A DNA stretch of 55,249 nt, filler included, from Sphacelaria rigidula (GCA_964200075.2; 6 parts of 6 records of this genome joined end to end with filler, not necessarily neighbours in it), one strand, 5' to 3'. Shown: positions 1 to 12,672, counted from the whole stretch's first letter. Program-made: numbers and translations. The notes: a model not told the origin generated them from the letters alone.

Positions 1-557
1 GGTGCGGGAGTGCTGACCCAATCCGCGAGACTAAAATGAAAGGCGCGTACCGGGGGAGAGGCGGGTTGATCCCTTGAAACCACGGGCTCATCCCGAGGAA
101 GTGGAGGAGTTCAAAGCGCGAGGAAAAAAAAACTGTGCGAGAGAAGCTCCCAAGGAGCGTACCTACATACTTCACGCTGACACCACACGCGAATCACGAG
201 GACTTGTCAAATTATGTTGCTGTTGTGGCTGCAATATAGCGGTCGACCATGCCACCGACGGAATACAATGAACAGAACGACAAACAAGAGGAACCCCACG
301 TTGGTATAGGCACTAAGGAATGTGCATCTACGCCGATCGACTATTTAGGAGACAAAAACGGAGTGCATTCGGATTCAGCACACATACACAAAGGTCAGAA
401 TTCATCTTGGGTGAATGCCCTGCACCCGCAACGTAAAGATGACATATATATGCTCGATGGCATCCGATGTGATGATACCTGTATTGGTGTACTACGATCA
501 CAAGAGATGGCGACTTGGGTGCGGGAAAGTACTAGCAATTACCGCAGGTGAGTCGGA

Positions 558-930
558 AACTCCAGGATGCAAAAAAGGGCCATAGGGTCTCGGATGTTTT
601 TATGGGCACTTTCGGATGACATTCAAATCCCATTCGAAGTGATGATAAGCGATTCGTAACACGCGTTTTGAGTTTTTCTATACACTTTTTAGTTCATTTC
701 TTTATTTCTTTATTTCTTCATATTTTCTTTATTTTTCGTGTATGGGGTTTAGTCAACCCCCCCCCCTCCCCCATGGTCAATGGTCGAACGACTAAGGCGA
801 GCAACAAATGAGTACGCCCCCCCCCGAAAAACTCCACGATTCAAAAAGGGGCATAGGGTCTCGGATTGTTTTTTTGGGCACTCTCGGATGACCTTAAAAT
901 CCCATTCGAAGCGGTGAGCGATTCGAAAAC
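558..930 (+). repeat. Diverged ~100-bp direct repeat pair (558-660 and 830-930) flanking a short retroelement 3' end
   Basis: Both copies contain aactcca.gat.caaaaa.ggg.catagggtctcggat...gggcact.tcggatgac.tt.aaatcccattcgaag...gcgattcg.aac. Confidence 0.85.
773..826 (+). mobile_element. Non-LTR retroelement family A, extreme 3'-end fragment between two C-tracts
   Basis: ggtcaatggtcgaacgactaaggcgagcaacaaatgagtacg followed by a C-run and preceded by a C-run. The same terminus occurs in seven other copies in the window. Confidence 0.8.
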
Positions 931-2515
931 TATTCATATGTAATATGCAGCAGCAGACTCTCCGTGAGGAGAGTAGGATGTGATCAAGCCAAGGCTAGCA
1001 GCACGCGGGGATAAGAGCGCAAAATGATTCACGTCGGGACCCACAAGCACGCATGCACTTGAATTGCAAGCCATGGTGTTTTTTTGTATTTTGTGGTCGC
1101 GGACCACCATTGGCTTGCTGTTTTTGATTCCAGATGTCGTGCTATGAAACGACAAACCTGGCATATACCCGCAATATCACTTCGAGGTGTAGTGACCACG
1201 AGTACTGTACTGTACTGTCTGTACCTGTACTGTTGTCAGGTGCAGACCCCGATTCTACTGTCATTTTGTTCGTAGTCATATAAGCATCTTTCTAAGAAAC
1301 TCACCATACTAAAAATGGTATGAACATAGCCGGTAACGGCAAACTACGAATAAACTGGATAAACTGGAGTCCTCATCACCAGTTCCAGTTCAACTGACAG
1401 TACAAACTGGTCCAGCTCACAGCCCTGCCAGAAAAGAAATACCTGCCGCTTACCTGCGAAGTTTTGTTTCGGTAGTCTCAGGCGGTAAGTGCATGCTGCT
1501 GTTGTATTTATCAAATATTTTTTCTTGTTAGTTCCCATTTTCACAAACTTGTGTTCATTCTTGAGCCGCATTGCGCTGTCGAATCAAGATTTCATTTCAC
1601 CAAAAAACATGACAAAGCAACACGGATTGTTCCATTCGTTTACTATTTGGGACCACAAAAACACCATAATTGACCGGTGAGCAGCACATACCGTATGTCC
1701 AACAACGAAGAATGCGCCTCCGGAACGCAGACAACGAAGACAAAGACCAAAGATGACTCACTGATCTGACATCATACTGTGGCATCCCCCCCGGTAGTGG
1801 TGATAATGCCCCCCGCACCGTCTACACACACCATTCAAGACCAAGACTTGGATGGGGTAGGCATGGGCAATGACTCGGTCTACGCGGGTCAGATTTTCAT
1901 TATAACCGGATCGACAACACTTGCAGGAATCATGACAACTCCATTCACCGTTCATGGTTGTGTTTTCCGACGGTAACTGAATGCTACCGTTCATATTGCT
2001 GCACACAGAAGAAAAACACAGCATAGAGTATTTATCTGCTCATACCCAAAATATCTGTTTACTCTTCTAGAACAAACATATAATTTTTGGTCACACTCGA
2101 GGGTGGAATACTTCCTCCAAGCATGTTCGGGTGTTCGGCCAGCCAAGAGATAGCATCACAAACATTTGCGAATATCCTGCCAGCAAGCTGACTAACCCCC
2201 ATCCATTTCAAAATGGTCGTGACTCTTAGAGCCGCTCCTAAATCGGTATCCTTTGATCGGAGTGCACCTGATACAGATAACTAGCACCTCTCCGGGTAAC
2301 AAATACGCAGTATGGTAACATATTCATTTCAAAAAGGCTGCAGCACATACATACCCTGGAACCAAGATCCTGTCGAGAACATGCAGTGAAACAGTTGATT
2401 CGAACCTACTATATAACCCTACACGATTGCCTCGACCTATACAGGTCTAAATTACAACCCTCACAAGGCGGGGAATGCTCTCCTGCAACGGACCCTCCGT
2501 CACCACTCGAGTGTA

Positions 2516-2722
2516 TTAGGCGGTGCATTCCACTTCTCCCCCATCCCTGTCGACGCGCACAATCTCATACTCCGTGGTGGTAGAATTCCCGGCAAAAAAC
2601 TTGGCATTAACAGCGTAGATGCCGTTGTACTGACGGGCGATGGTGGTTGGTACGTCGAAAAACTCGCTCGTCAAGATGCGCTCGGCCACCGCACCACACG
2701 TCCAGTCCGCCGACAGAGATAC
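2516..2722 (-). CDS. Terminal exon of an SMP-30/gluconolactonase/NHL-type beta-propeller protein (upstream exons not found)
   Basis: Pyrimidine-rich AAG acceptor, then 68 codons to TAA: VSLSADWTCGAVAERILTSEFFDVPTTIARQYNGIYAVNAKFF...EYEIVRV. The FDVPTT.A...YAVNA.F motif resembles the last blade of bacterial propeller proteins that are often annotated as superoxide dismutase. Confidence 0.6.
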   Translation of the reverse strand, partial: VSLSADWTCGAVAERILTSEFFDVPTTIARQYNGIYAVNAKFFAGNSTTTEYEIVRVDRDGGEVECTA

Positions 2723-5700
2723 CTTGGGATAGATAGTCCGGTACAGAAGCGTGCAAAGAGGATACACATGAATTTTACAACATTGAGTTCACTCAATGTA
2801 GCTTGCAGGAATAGTATTCAGCCTGTAAGGGTTATCAGTCCGTTTATTCGAGCACGCGTGGATCAGTGCGAGTAGGTGATATTGATTACTCCTGCCACCC
2901 GGCTCCCAGCATTGTACTTTTTTACCCACACCAGCTCGCAGCCTTCCTGTCGCAAATGTCTTCAACACCTGGTCCCAGAACGTTTGAGGTGGTGGCATCA
3001 GTGCGGCGGTGTGGGAGCCAGTTCCCGCCGTGGTCGGCGTAAGTTTTCACCGGTGTCCGCCACAGTTGAGCTACTGCCAGCGATACTTTCGGATCGTCGC
3101 AGACACCGTCGAGCGAAGTTGGCGGCGCGTTCGGTGATGGCTGCGACACACGTGAAGTGATGCCCATGTGGGCGACGTGTCGGCAGACGTGGCACTGGCA
3201 GCACAAATAAAATCGCCGCGGGTACGTCGACGAAGATATTAGGGCCAATCTTGCTGGGTTCCCGCTACTACAGTCAGTGTTGCCAAGACCACCTGAGGAT
3301 GTCGGCGACACCCTCAGAAATATCATCCGCGGAAGCTCAACTGTGGCCAACACCGGTGGAAACCTGCGCCGACGCTGACGAGCTAGAAGCTCAAGGGTGG
3401 GGGAAGTTTGCGAGAACTGACGAGCGCGGTGGTGGGACCTGGCTGCCATATCACGTAGTGCTGCGGGCGCTTCGGACGCGCCGGTAGCAGGTGTCGCCGA
3501 CAGCTGCGGTAGCGAACTTGCTGGCGGATATTTCCATAGTCATCGTCGCAAGTGCCATTGAAAATCGCGCTTCAGCAGAGGGGCGACCCTTCGGAGACTT
3601 GCGCAATACAGCGCTGTCGCTTTGAATGCGAGTGCCGCCGGAACGTACGCATAGGGGAATTAAGTATGCAGACACCGGCGGCCATGATGGCTTCCGTATG
3701 GCCGGCACTATTGCGATGTCGAGCGACAGTGTTGCCACCGTCGCCGGTAGTCAGGGAGGTCTCCGCGGTCATCTACGCGTGTTGGCAAGAGTTGTCACAG
3801 TGTGGGCGACAATGTTGCCGAGACAAGTGGATGGTCGCCGGCACCTACGACACGTGGGACCACGATAGCCACGTGTGGATGGTACTATTTGGACGTCGAG
3901 CGATGGTATAGCCACCATCACCGGGAGTTGCGGAGTTGTCGGCGATACTTGCACAAGTAGGTGAGACACCTCTACTTTGCCACGCACATTTTACAAAACC
4001 ATGGCCGAAAGCTGCAGAGTTTGCACTGACGATCGACGGCGCGGCTGCGGACGACACCGTGGCCCACACCTGGTGAGTATCGGCGACACTTTTGGGAGTG
4101 TTGCTCACACCCCGTGCACTCCGAACGAGACGCGGACGTGTGGCCGCAAGCGTCGGAGGTGCTGTCAGCAGTCCAAAACTGCCGCCGAATTTGTGGCAGA
4201 CACCTCCAACACCGACATGAGCGTGTCAAATTTGTTACCCGCAGCTGCGGCGAGTGCCATGATGGGTTTGTGGTGCCGTCGGCAGTAAGGGCGACGCCGA
4301 CGACACCATCTCCCCATGATCGGCACTTGCTGCAACTTCGGGCACGACTGCTAGAAAGATAACATCCCGTGCGCACAGCAATAGCACAATTCTGTCATTG
4401 GACCGCGGGTCAGGTATGTCGAATGGATTTAGGGAGAACCACCAACGACTAGAATATATATAGAAATGTGAACTAAGCTTCGCTAGGGGTGAGGCAGTAG
4501 ACTTACGGGTCCCGAAGAAGAACGTTGTCGTACCCTGCTGCCGAAGGATCTCCAGAGCGAGGCGTAACTCTCCTTCTTGCCATTTGGGCAAGGATGTGAT
4601 CGTGGTCAAGGGTAGGCTAGAAGGACGAGTGAACGAGGTGGTACGGGAGTACCAGCTACGTTCCACCAGTATTCATGCGGTGACCCCGTTGTTTTTGGGC
4701 TCTTGCACCGTAGACCCGGTTTGCCTAGGTGTGCTAAAGATCCAGTTTTACAGGTTTGAACGTTTCGAGTCCACTCATGTGTGTCACTGGCGGGCTCCGT
4801 TCCTGGGACTGTTTCTCCAGCTTACATGTGTATATAGATGTCATTACGTTCATACATACGTGGCCTCAACAGAAAGGGTTATTAGAGAGTTTTGGAAGTA
4901 CCAAACCGGCCGGAAAAACTCAGGGTCAGGGTTCAGAAGTTGGGATTCAAGGCCAGACTATGACGAATTCCCATAGGTAAACTCCGAAAACTGAACCCTG
5001 AGAAGAGACATGCGCAGCATCTCAGGATTAATTTTCAAATTTTCAAATAAACCCTGAGTTGCCAAACACCCCAAAGGGTTGGTCCCACACTCAGGGTTAT
5101 GAAACGGAACTGGACACCCTGCCCCATAACGACCATGGTTACAGAACACAGCCGCAGGACAGATATCGTAAGTGAGGCGATGGCGGATGCCGTGAACGCC
5201 CGCGACAGTGCTGGTGATGGAAGCTCGTTCACGAGAGTGACCCAAGACTACGAGGAGCACATGGAGGCGAACGGGGGAGCCGAGACACGAGTCGACCTGG
5301 TTTATGATGATGCGAAATGGCGGGAGTCGGCCGCTCAAGAAGCCGCTACGAGGACTTGACAAACTGGCCACCCAACGTGAAGCTCGCGTTAGCTCGCGCA
5401 GGTACACCATCGTTGTGCGGCCATTTTGTCGAGATCCTCATAGCGGCTGCATGAGTGGCCCACTTCAGCCCTTCCCCGTCATCTTTAGCCAGGTCGACAG
5501 GTGTCTCTGTTCCCCCGTTCGCCCCCACGCAGCTAGGATTACTGCGTATAGTGAACCTTTATCGAGAACTACTGTACTTTCTCAAAGTATGCAAACGCAC
5601 ACACACGCGCATGTGCACACTTTTTCTACAGACAGTTGTACAGTACAGAACACGTATACTACAGAAAGTATACTAAACTGTCTACAGACAGTACAGTGCA

Positions 5701-5871
5701 AGAACAGTGTACAGTCAGTACCACTCTGAACTGTCTCAACTCATTAGTGCTGTACGACACACCGGCATGTGCAGGACTTGGGAATGACAAGCGGGCGCCG
5801 ACGTGCACTGCCTGTGTGCCCAATGCTGTGTACTGTGCCGGGTTCGTATTCGGAGGCTGTGTTGACGATAC

Positions 5872-6090
5872 TGTGTGTGTGAGTTGTCGTCCCGTCATTC
5901 CGGACGCCGGTCTACACCTCGCGGTATATGTGGGCGCACCAGCCGGGGTCACACAAGAGGAGGGCCAATACAGGAGGTTTCTCATTTGTTTTTTGTTTTC
6001 AGCACTACATCTTCCTTCTGTGGTGCCTGCGTTCATAGTTTATCGCGAGAGGGGTTTAGCAGTCCTTCTCCCTCGTCCACCGTCAGATCG
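5872..6090 (-). mobile_element. tRNA-derived SINE, 5'-truncated copy
   Basis: Body matches the copies at 13302, 17623 and 19901 (ggacgccggtctacacc...gggcgcaccagccggggtcaca). CA-type tail. ATACTGT on both flanks is a possible TSD. Confidence 0.8.
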
Positions 6091-6894
6091 AATATACTGT
6101 TGTCGCGTATTCAACGGTACAGGGACAGCATCAACAGCTAAAGTCATGCTAGGATAAGACGGGGGGTATTTTGGGCCGTTGCTTCCACTAAATTCAACTT
6201 TGAACCGATTTTAGGAGCAACGATCTACAGAACGGGCGTGTTGCCGATGAATAACTCTCATTCATTCTGCTTGACGCCGTTTTACCTAAATACACGCACA
6301 GGGCGAGTATGTCAGGTTGTCCGAAACATTTATGAGTCTTTTTCCCCTGGAATCAAACACCCAACCTATGGCAGCACGGCTCTGTACATGCTCTCCTGCG
6401 CTGTACGAGTAACACCGTATGGGTGGGCGCAGAGTGCAAGCGCAGAAAAGCGCGGCGCGACTTGTACACTTTCAACTCATGACACCGACCACGTGGTGTT
6501 CGGAACAGAAAAGACTCAACCCTGAAAAGTTGGCCACGGTCAACACCTGCGTGGTAAAAATAAATAAAAACAAACCTGGGGTTTGAGCGTAAACATTCCA
6601 GTCGTTTCTCGCTTCATCCCTGAGTTCTATTTTTTTCTCCGAAACTCTCTATTATAGATGTATTTACAGGTTACTGTAGCTGCACTGCATGCCGCGCGCA
6701 GCAGGATCAGCGTACACATAGACATGTACCGTCTGCACAACCGCAGAAACGATCGCTCATGGATGTTGGAGCAGCTACGGGTTGTTCCCGATACACAATA
6801 GCACAGACAGTTCACCGCAACAGCACAGACAGTGCTGTGACGAGCTACTTACGGCTTTGGGATGGTGGTGGGGACGGGGAGGGGGGAGGGGCGG

Positions 6895-7300
6895 CGTACT
6901 CATTTGTTGCTTGCCTTAGTCGTTTGACCAGTGATCACGCATCCATTTCGAGACGGAGCACCGTTCCTACTCCTAGTAGAGACACCTCCACCATTTAGGT
7001 GCTCATTATGTTCCTTTCATACATTCCACAAAAACCCTTTACTAATCTCATCCCCGTCGTATTTCGCCGTCTGTGGCCACCATTTACCTCCTAGTATAGC
7101 CATCGCTTTCTCGCTACTGCCTAATGCATCAAACGATTTCATGCCACCTTCGTTCACGTCTCGCATTTTCCCCTCTAGCACGTCTGGTTCCTCCTTGTAT
7201 ACTATACTTTACATTCTGGGACTACATGTCTTACGCTCTCCATTGCTTTGCCACGTGGCAATTCTGTGCACCTACTTCTTCCCCCTCTCAACTACTGGTA
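6895..7300 (-). mobile_element. Non-LTR retroelement family A, 3' fragment (ORF C-terminus plus terminus)
   Basis: Minus strand encodes VLEGKMRDVNEGGMKSFDALGSSEKAMAILGGKWWPQTAK...GGVSTRSRNGAPSRNGCVITGQTTKASNK* with an internal stop. G-tracts on both sides. Homologous to 17010-17276 and 37710-37992. Confidence 0.75.
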
Positions 7301-9125
7301 CATCTCTGGTGGGGACGGGGATAGGGAGGATTGATCGTGCGTGGTCGTTGCTACAGGACTGCGGTGTTGTGCACGAGTACATCTATTCGAGTGGGCTCCC
7401 AGTGTAATAACTAGGTGTACTAAACACTTCTTCTCCTGCGGCGTTTCAGTTCGCGCACTGCACGGCACGCAGAACTATCGGAGAGGTCTGTGGTGGTTCC
7501 CAACGATATATCGAAACACGCCTATACTTCATCTACAGTGTTGGGCGCCTGAAACATTTTTTCATTGAGAAGGGTTTTTTCTCGCGACTACTCTTCGATA
7601 GAACTCGAAAGTGGGCGTAGCGTCGGTAGATAATGATAAAACGAACAGATCTTCTTCCCAGTGCCCAAGTTAATGTTGGTTTCATCGGGCGATACGAGTA
7701 GATACCCCGTTTAACATGATCGTGTTTTTGATCGTGGAACATAGTTTTTCATGTCTAGTGCAATGAGTAGGTGGAATGAAAAAAAAAAACTGTACATTTC
7801 TTCACAAACACGATCGGGACAGGTTCGATCGACCGAAAATACCGAAGAGTCAGAATCTGGGCTCAAACGTTTCAGGACCCCCGATGACCGGTCAGCTCGC
7901 CACTCACTTAGTATTGAGTACGGATTATTTGATTTTCTTGAAATGTGGAGCGGATACAACTGTCTTCAGACTCCCAATGTGATGAGCGGTGACAAGCGAA
8001 AGAGCCCAAGGAAATCGCCAACTACGAAAAAATTACAAAATGAAAGACTGAGGCACCCAGTACTGTACAAGACGTCGAAATCGGCGAACTGGCCAGCATA
8101 CTTCATGAACAGCTCTAGCTAGTACTGACTGGACCTACCAGAGGCATGCCCGTACTTGAGACTCATCTGAGTAAAGTACGATGATCTGAGTGGAGTACCC
8201 GTCGATCATTGACAATTCTATACTTGGCATGAGTCCAACTTGTGCTAAATATTAGCATGCAAATGGCAGGTACGTGACTAGAGTGTACCCACAAGCTGTT
8301 GCTTTTTCAGTCAGAAATTTTACTGTGCCTTAGGCACGGCTACGCTTGTGCAGCTATTTGCTTCACTGCGGCGTCGGCGTCCGAAAAACAAGCTGCGTCG
8401 TCGCTGCCGGTGGAGCACTGAGCAACGAACTGTCGCTGGTGCTGCTCGGTTGAAAAAACGGCATGCTGCGTTCTGTGGCTCCTGTCTCTATCGCCAGTGA
8501 TGGATCCGAACATCATGGTGGGATTTGATTTTGGCGGTCATCACGAATGCGGTATATTGCCAACATCGAACAAGGAAAAGAGAAAAAATATTTGGAAGCT
8601 GTACCTGCAAACGTTCGTGCGGGATAATGACATAACGAACAAACGCGAGTCACGTAGACTTTGACAAAGCCATTGCAGTACAAACGACGATCACATCATA
8701 CTGGATTATAGCACGCATACCTCGATGATCGCCTGCGGTGCTAAACCACTGGCGCCGTTGGAGGCCGCCCACAGCGTATTGCGACGCCTCAGCTGAAGCG
8801 CGATGGTGTTTTTTTTCATGAGGAGAAAGAGATAGTAAGGGGCCAGGGAGGAATGGGTTGAGGCTGAGCTCAAGCATCAGGAAAACGCGACAAGAGAACA
8901 CGTTTGATATCCTCACACTTAGTAGTGTAAATAATAGAAGTGCTAAGACAAGGAGGAGCCTAGATTTGAAATTCTAAGGGCGATAGACGATCAAGTAGCG
9001 ATACGCTGATGCAATTTCCGAGCTCCGGGCGATGACGAGCAAGTACACCTACTTCGGACCGCAGGGGGGGGGGGGGGGGGGGGGTGCTCTTTTTTTCCTT
9101 TCGTTTGTTTTTTCTACCCTCTCCC

Positions 9126-9225
9126 NNNNNNNNNNNNNNNNNNNNNNNNNNNNNNNNNNNNNNNNNNNNTTAATTAATTAANNNNNNNNNNNNNNNNNNN
9201 NNNNNNNNNNNNNNNNNNNNNNNNN
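9126..9225. other. Artificial contig spacer (Ns with central TTAATTAATTAA six-frame stop linker)
   Basis: 100-bp block. Identical blocks occur at 18351-18450, 27576-27675, 36801-36900 and 46026-46125, exactly 9225 bp apart. Confidence 0.98.
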
Positions 9226-9365
9226 TGCCAAGATTGTTCGGCCCGAAGCCTAGTGATTCAGCTTGCACTTGGATGACAGCCAACAATGAGTTGCTTTATT
9301 CTGTGGTATCGCCACTCCCAGAGACAGCCCACTGCTTATACACTGCCTCACGGGTGTCCAACCAG
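9226..9365 (-). mobile_element. Non-LTR retroelement family B fragment (cut by contig end)
   Basis: Aligns with 38185-38312 (agattgttcggcccgaagc...ggtatcgcca...cttatacact...gggtgtc). Followed by a G-run. Confidence 0.7.
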
Positions 9366-9588
9366 CTCAAGGGGGGGGGGGGCGCCAAGCCCACGCTCAG
9401 TGTGTGCACCATGTACACTTCAAATGTCGACACACCCAAAATATTCTCACGAAACTGGAGGTGATAAAACTGCTAAAAATACCAAGTCCGAAGCGATCGG
9501 CGGTAGTTCACATCAATACAACAACCCGACCCCCCGCCTCCTCCTCCCCTAAAGACGCAATGGATACGTTTCTCTGTGCTGCCCTCAC

Positions 9589-9794
9589 CCATCTTTCATG
9601 GATTCTGCCAAGTCATCCACGCGCTTCCGCTCTATGAAGCGAGGGTACACGAATTCGCGCTCGAATGCCACTTCCCCGGCCTGCACTGCCTGCCCCGCGT
9701 CGGGCTGCACTATCCACGCGTAGTCGCCGTATTTCAAGCTGCGGACTTCGTACGGCACTCTTCTGCCGTTTAGAAAATTTGTTAGCTGTGAAAG
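9589..9794 (-). CDS. MUS81: Crossover junction endonuclease MUS81, ERCC4 nuclease-domain exon
   Basis: CAG acceptor and GTGAG donor. LSQLTNFLNGRRVPYEVRSLKYGDYAWIV...IERKRVDDLAESMKDG contains the GD-x(n)-ERK-x3-D ERCC4 catalytic motif. Splices in phase 0 from exon 15754-16029. Confidence 0.9.
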
Positions 9795-10762
9795 CTGTTT
9801 GCGGGGAATGGGGGGGGGGGGGGGGGGTTGGGGGAGGCACACGCGCATGATGTTGATGAGAGTATAGACATGTGTTCATCGGTTGCCACTGTTATGCTGG
9901 CTCTTCGGCCAGTATCTCTATTTCTTGAATCAACAATGTACCGTTGGAGGATTGTCAATAGACGTGAGTGGACATTTGCAAGTGCTCCGAGGAGAGCGCA
10001 CCGAGAAACATTCTGAACTCACCGTACAAAATTGACTGTAGGAGAAGACACGCGAGTATATATATATATATATATATGATCAGTGTCCAACTTATTCTTG
10101 ACGAAATTTGCCGAAGTCGATCATCCTTTGTTCATCTTCATGCGCTTTGCTGTTTAGTAAATGAGACCTTCATCTGGGTGTGTGAACCTTCTTCGAACTT
10201 CTTCAAAGTAGGTCATGCTCCAAGTACTTGCTCACGTGGCTTTCGTTCCGGTATAAAAAATCATTCATCCTCTCGAAAACTTCTCTTCAGGAAGGTTTCA
10301 ACTATCCTCTCGCAAGTATTTTTACATCGAGACCCGACAAGGTAAGGTCCTTAAAAACGCAACGAAGCAAAAACCCACTCGGGTCAATGAGTCCAGAAGT
10401 TTTTCATGCGGTATACGCCAGCAACAACCCCGCTGCTTGTATTTCTCACGAACAAAGAGGTGAAATAGTCGGATGAAAAAAACGCATCATACCAATCATA
10501 CGATTCTTCTTCGAAGCAAAGCAAAGCAAAGCGAAATAAGAGAAAATATAACAACGGGAACCACAACAGACACAACAGCAGTAGCAGCAGCAGCAAAAGC
10601 GTCCCCTGGTGTACAAAAAATGGATCATAACACATCGTTGCTACCCCTTGTTCGCAAAGAGACTAGATGCAAGAACCATTGTGTATAATCCACACTGTGT
10701 ACAACCCCAAGTGTGACGAATATGTATGTATATATCCCACACAATATTTCAGGTTGCATTCT

Positions 10763-11200
10763 GTAGGGTACGGTTTTTTGTGTACTCGGGGTAATTTGCC
10801 GGGTATTCACCGTACCCGACAGTTCTGTGACTTCTGTAAGACTATCATACCGGTACCCGACAGTTATGTAATCTCTGTAAGACTCCCGTACCGTTACCGG
10901 GGGGCACGGGTACGCTTTGTCAAGATACCTGATTGCGTGTACGGTTTTCTGTGCAACCTCCATACCCTATCCGACAGTTTCTGTGAGTTCTGTAAGCCTC
11001 CCACACCTTTACCCGGAGCGCGGGTAAGCTCTTGAAGAAATACCCGATTGTCGGTACCGGTTTTCTGTACGCTTCTCATACCGTACCCGACAAGTTCTGT
11101 AATTTCTGCAAGACTTTCATCCCGTAGCGGTACCCGACAGTTCTGTGAGCTCTGCAAGCCTCCCATACCTCAACCCGGGGTTAAAGTATACCGTTATAGA
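10763..11200 (+). repeat. Internally repetitive interspersed element, copy 1
   Basis: Starts gtagggtacggtttt and contains several acagttctgtga(c/g)ttctgtaag subunits. Collinear with 11897-12379. Confidence 0.8.
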
Positions 11201-11896
11201 TATACCCGATTGCAGGTATGAGCACAGGTATATTATATACCTTGGGGAGGTACGGACATAGGTCCAATCCAAACACAACCTCATGACCTGAACATGTACC
11301 TCCCATGGATCAACTCACTCAACTCCTTGATTCAAAACTGCACAACAACAATGATTCAATGATGAAGAGTTCTTCAGTTTGGGATCTGACGGGATACGAA
11401 GTATCGCTGAGTGGAAACACGAAACAGGCGCAGCCCTGCAGGCCGTCAGGATGGATCGCCCCCGGACTCGAGTGGTGGCTCGAGCGGGGGCGACTCATCG
11501 GGGCCACCAGGGGATCAAGTAGCAAGACGCACGTCATCGACGTTGATGTCTGTGGCGTGGTCATCAAACCCCAGGCCGTTATCGACATGTATGTACGGCA
11601 CAGAGTATGAGCTGCCACCGAAAGCCGTCAAGACCGTCGGCGATTTTGTCGCGTGCCGAAGGGCTTCCAGAGAACGGGCAGCCGTGAATGCTCCTTCATG
11701 TACTCTCTGGGAGTGTACGTGAAGCCGGTAGATGTTGACGATCCCGTGCACATGCGCTACTGAGATTGTTCGTGTAGTCTTTCTCTATCAACCCCGTGAA
11801 GCTGTTCAGAGTTTCGTGCTGTCATCTATGTTTCGCCACTGTTGTAGTGACATGGGTCCCACGACAGGGGTGATGATGATACCAAGGTCGTGCTTC

Positions 11897-12379
11897 GTAG
11901 GGTACGGTTTTCTGTATACCCGGAGTATTTTGCCGGATATTTACCGTACTCTACAGTTCTGTGACTTCTGTAAGACTTTCACACCGATACCCGATAGGTC
12001 TGTCTGTTCTGTAAGACTCTCGTAGCGTTACCGGGGGGCACAGGTATGCTCTTGATAAGATACCCGGTTGCGGTTACGGTTTTCTGTGCAACCTCCATAC
12101 CCCACCCGCCACTTTCTGTGAGTTCTGCAAGCCTCTCATACCCTAACACGACAGTTCTGTGAGTTCTTTACAAAAACTTTGCTTTGACTCGAGGGGCGGG
12201 TATTCCTTAAAAGACTTACGCGATTACCGGTACCGGTTTTCTGTCAGCCTTCCATACCGTACCCTACAAGTTCTTTTACTTCTGTGAGACTTTCATACCG
12301 GTACCCGACAGTTCTGCAAGATCTGTAAGGAATCTCAGACTCTACAGAACGTACCCGTTCCCCGGCAAATTCCCACTAG
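11897..12379 (+). repeat. Internally repetitive interspersed element, copy 2
   Basis: Same start and subunit order as 10763-11200. Ends ...ccccggcaaattcccactag, which is partly inverted relative to aatttgccggg near the 5' end of copy 1. Confidence 0.8.
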
Positions 12380-12604
12380 GTCGTCCCGCATTCGTCCCAG
12401 CCACTACCATGCCGGTTTTCAAAAACACGTACAGTACTTGCTTTCCGGTATGCCATTTACTAAAAGTTGCAAACTGCCGTTTCTCGGGCAGCCAGGAGAC
12501 AGAGTCAAGCGTCAAGCAGCTGCACGCTGGGCCGAGGGGCCCCATATCGGGAAATGACGGCACCAAGTCGCCCAAACCTCGTCCTGGGGCCAAAGGAGGG
12601 GGGG

Positions 12605-12672
12605 GTACTCATTTGTTGCTTGCCTTAGTCGTTCGACCATTGACCACGCATCCCTTTCGAGACGGAGCACTA
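12605..12672 (-). mobile_element. Non-LTR retroelement family A, short 3' end with G-rich TSD-like flanks
   Basis: gtactcatttgttgcttgccttagtcgttcgaccattgaccacgcatccctttcgagacggagcac with AGGAGGGGG on both sides. Confidence 0.8.

Noticed and set aside
249-547. 100-aa ORF ending at a CAG/GTGAGT donor
   Set aside because: No recognisable motif, and no partner exon identified. It may be real but cannot be supported.
9170-9181. TTAATTAATTAA as a regulatory or piggyBac TTAA site
   Set aside because: Synthetic six-frame stop linker embedded in Ns.
10763-12379. CRISPR-like array of acagttctgtga.ttctgtaag units
   Set aside because: Units are degenerate and irregularly spaced, the intervening sequences are related between the two copies, there are no cas genes, and the context is a eukaryotic intron.
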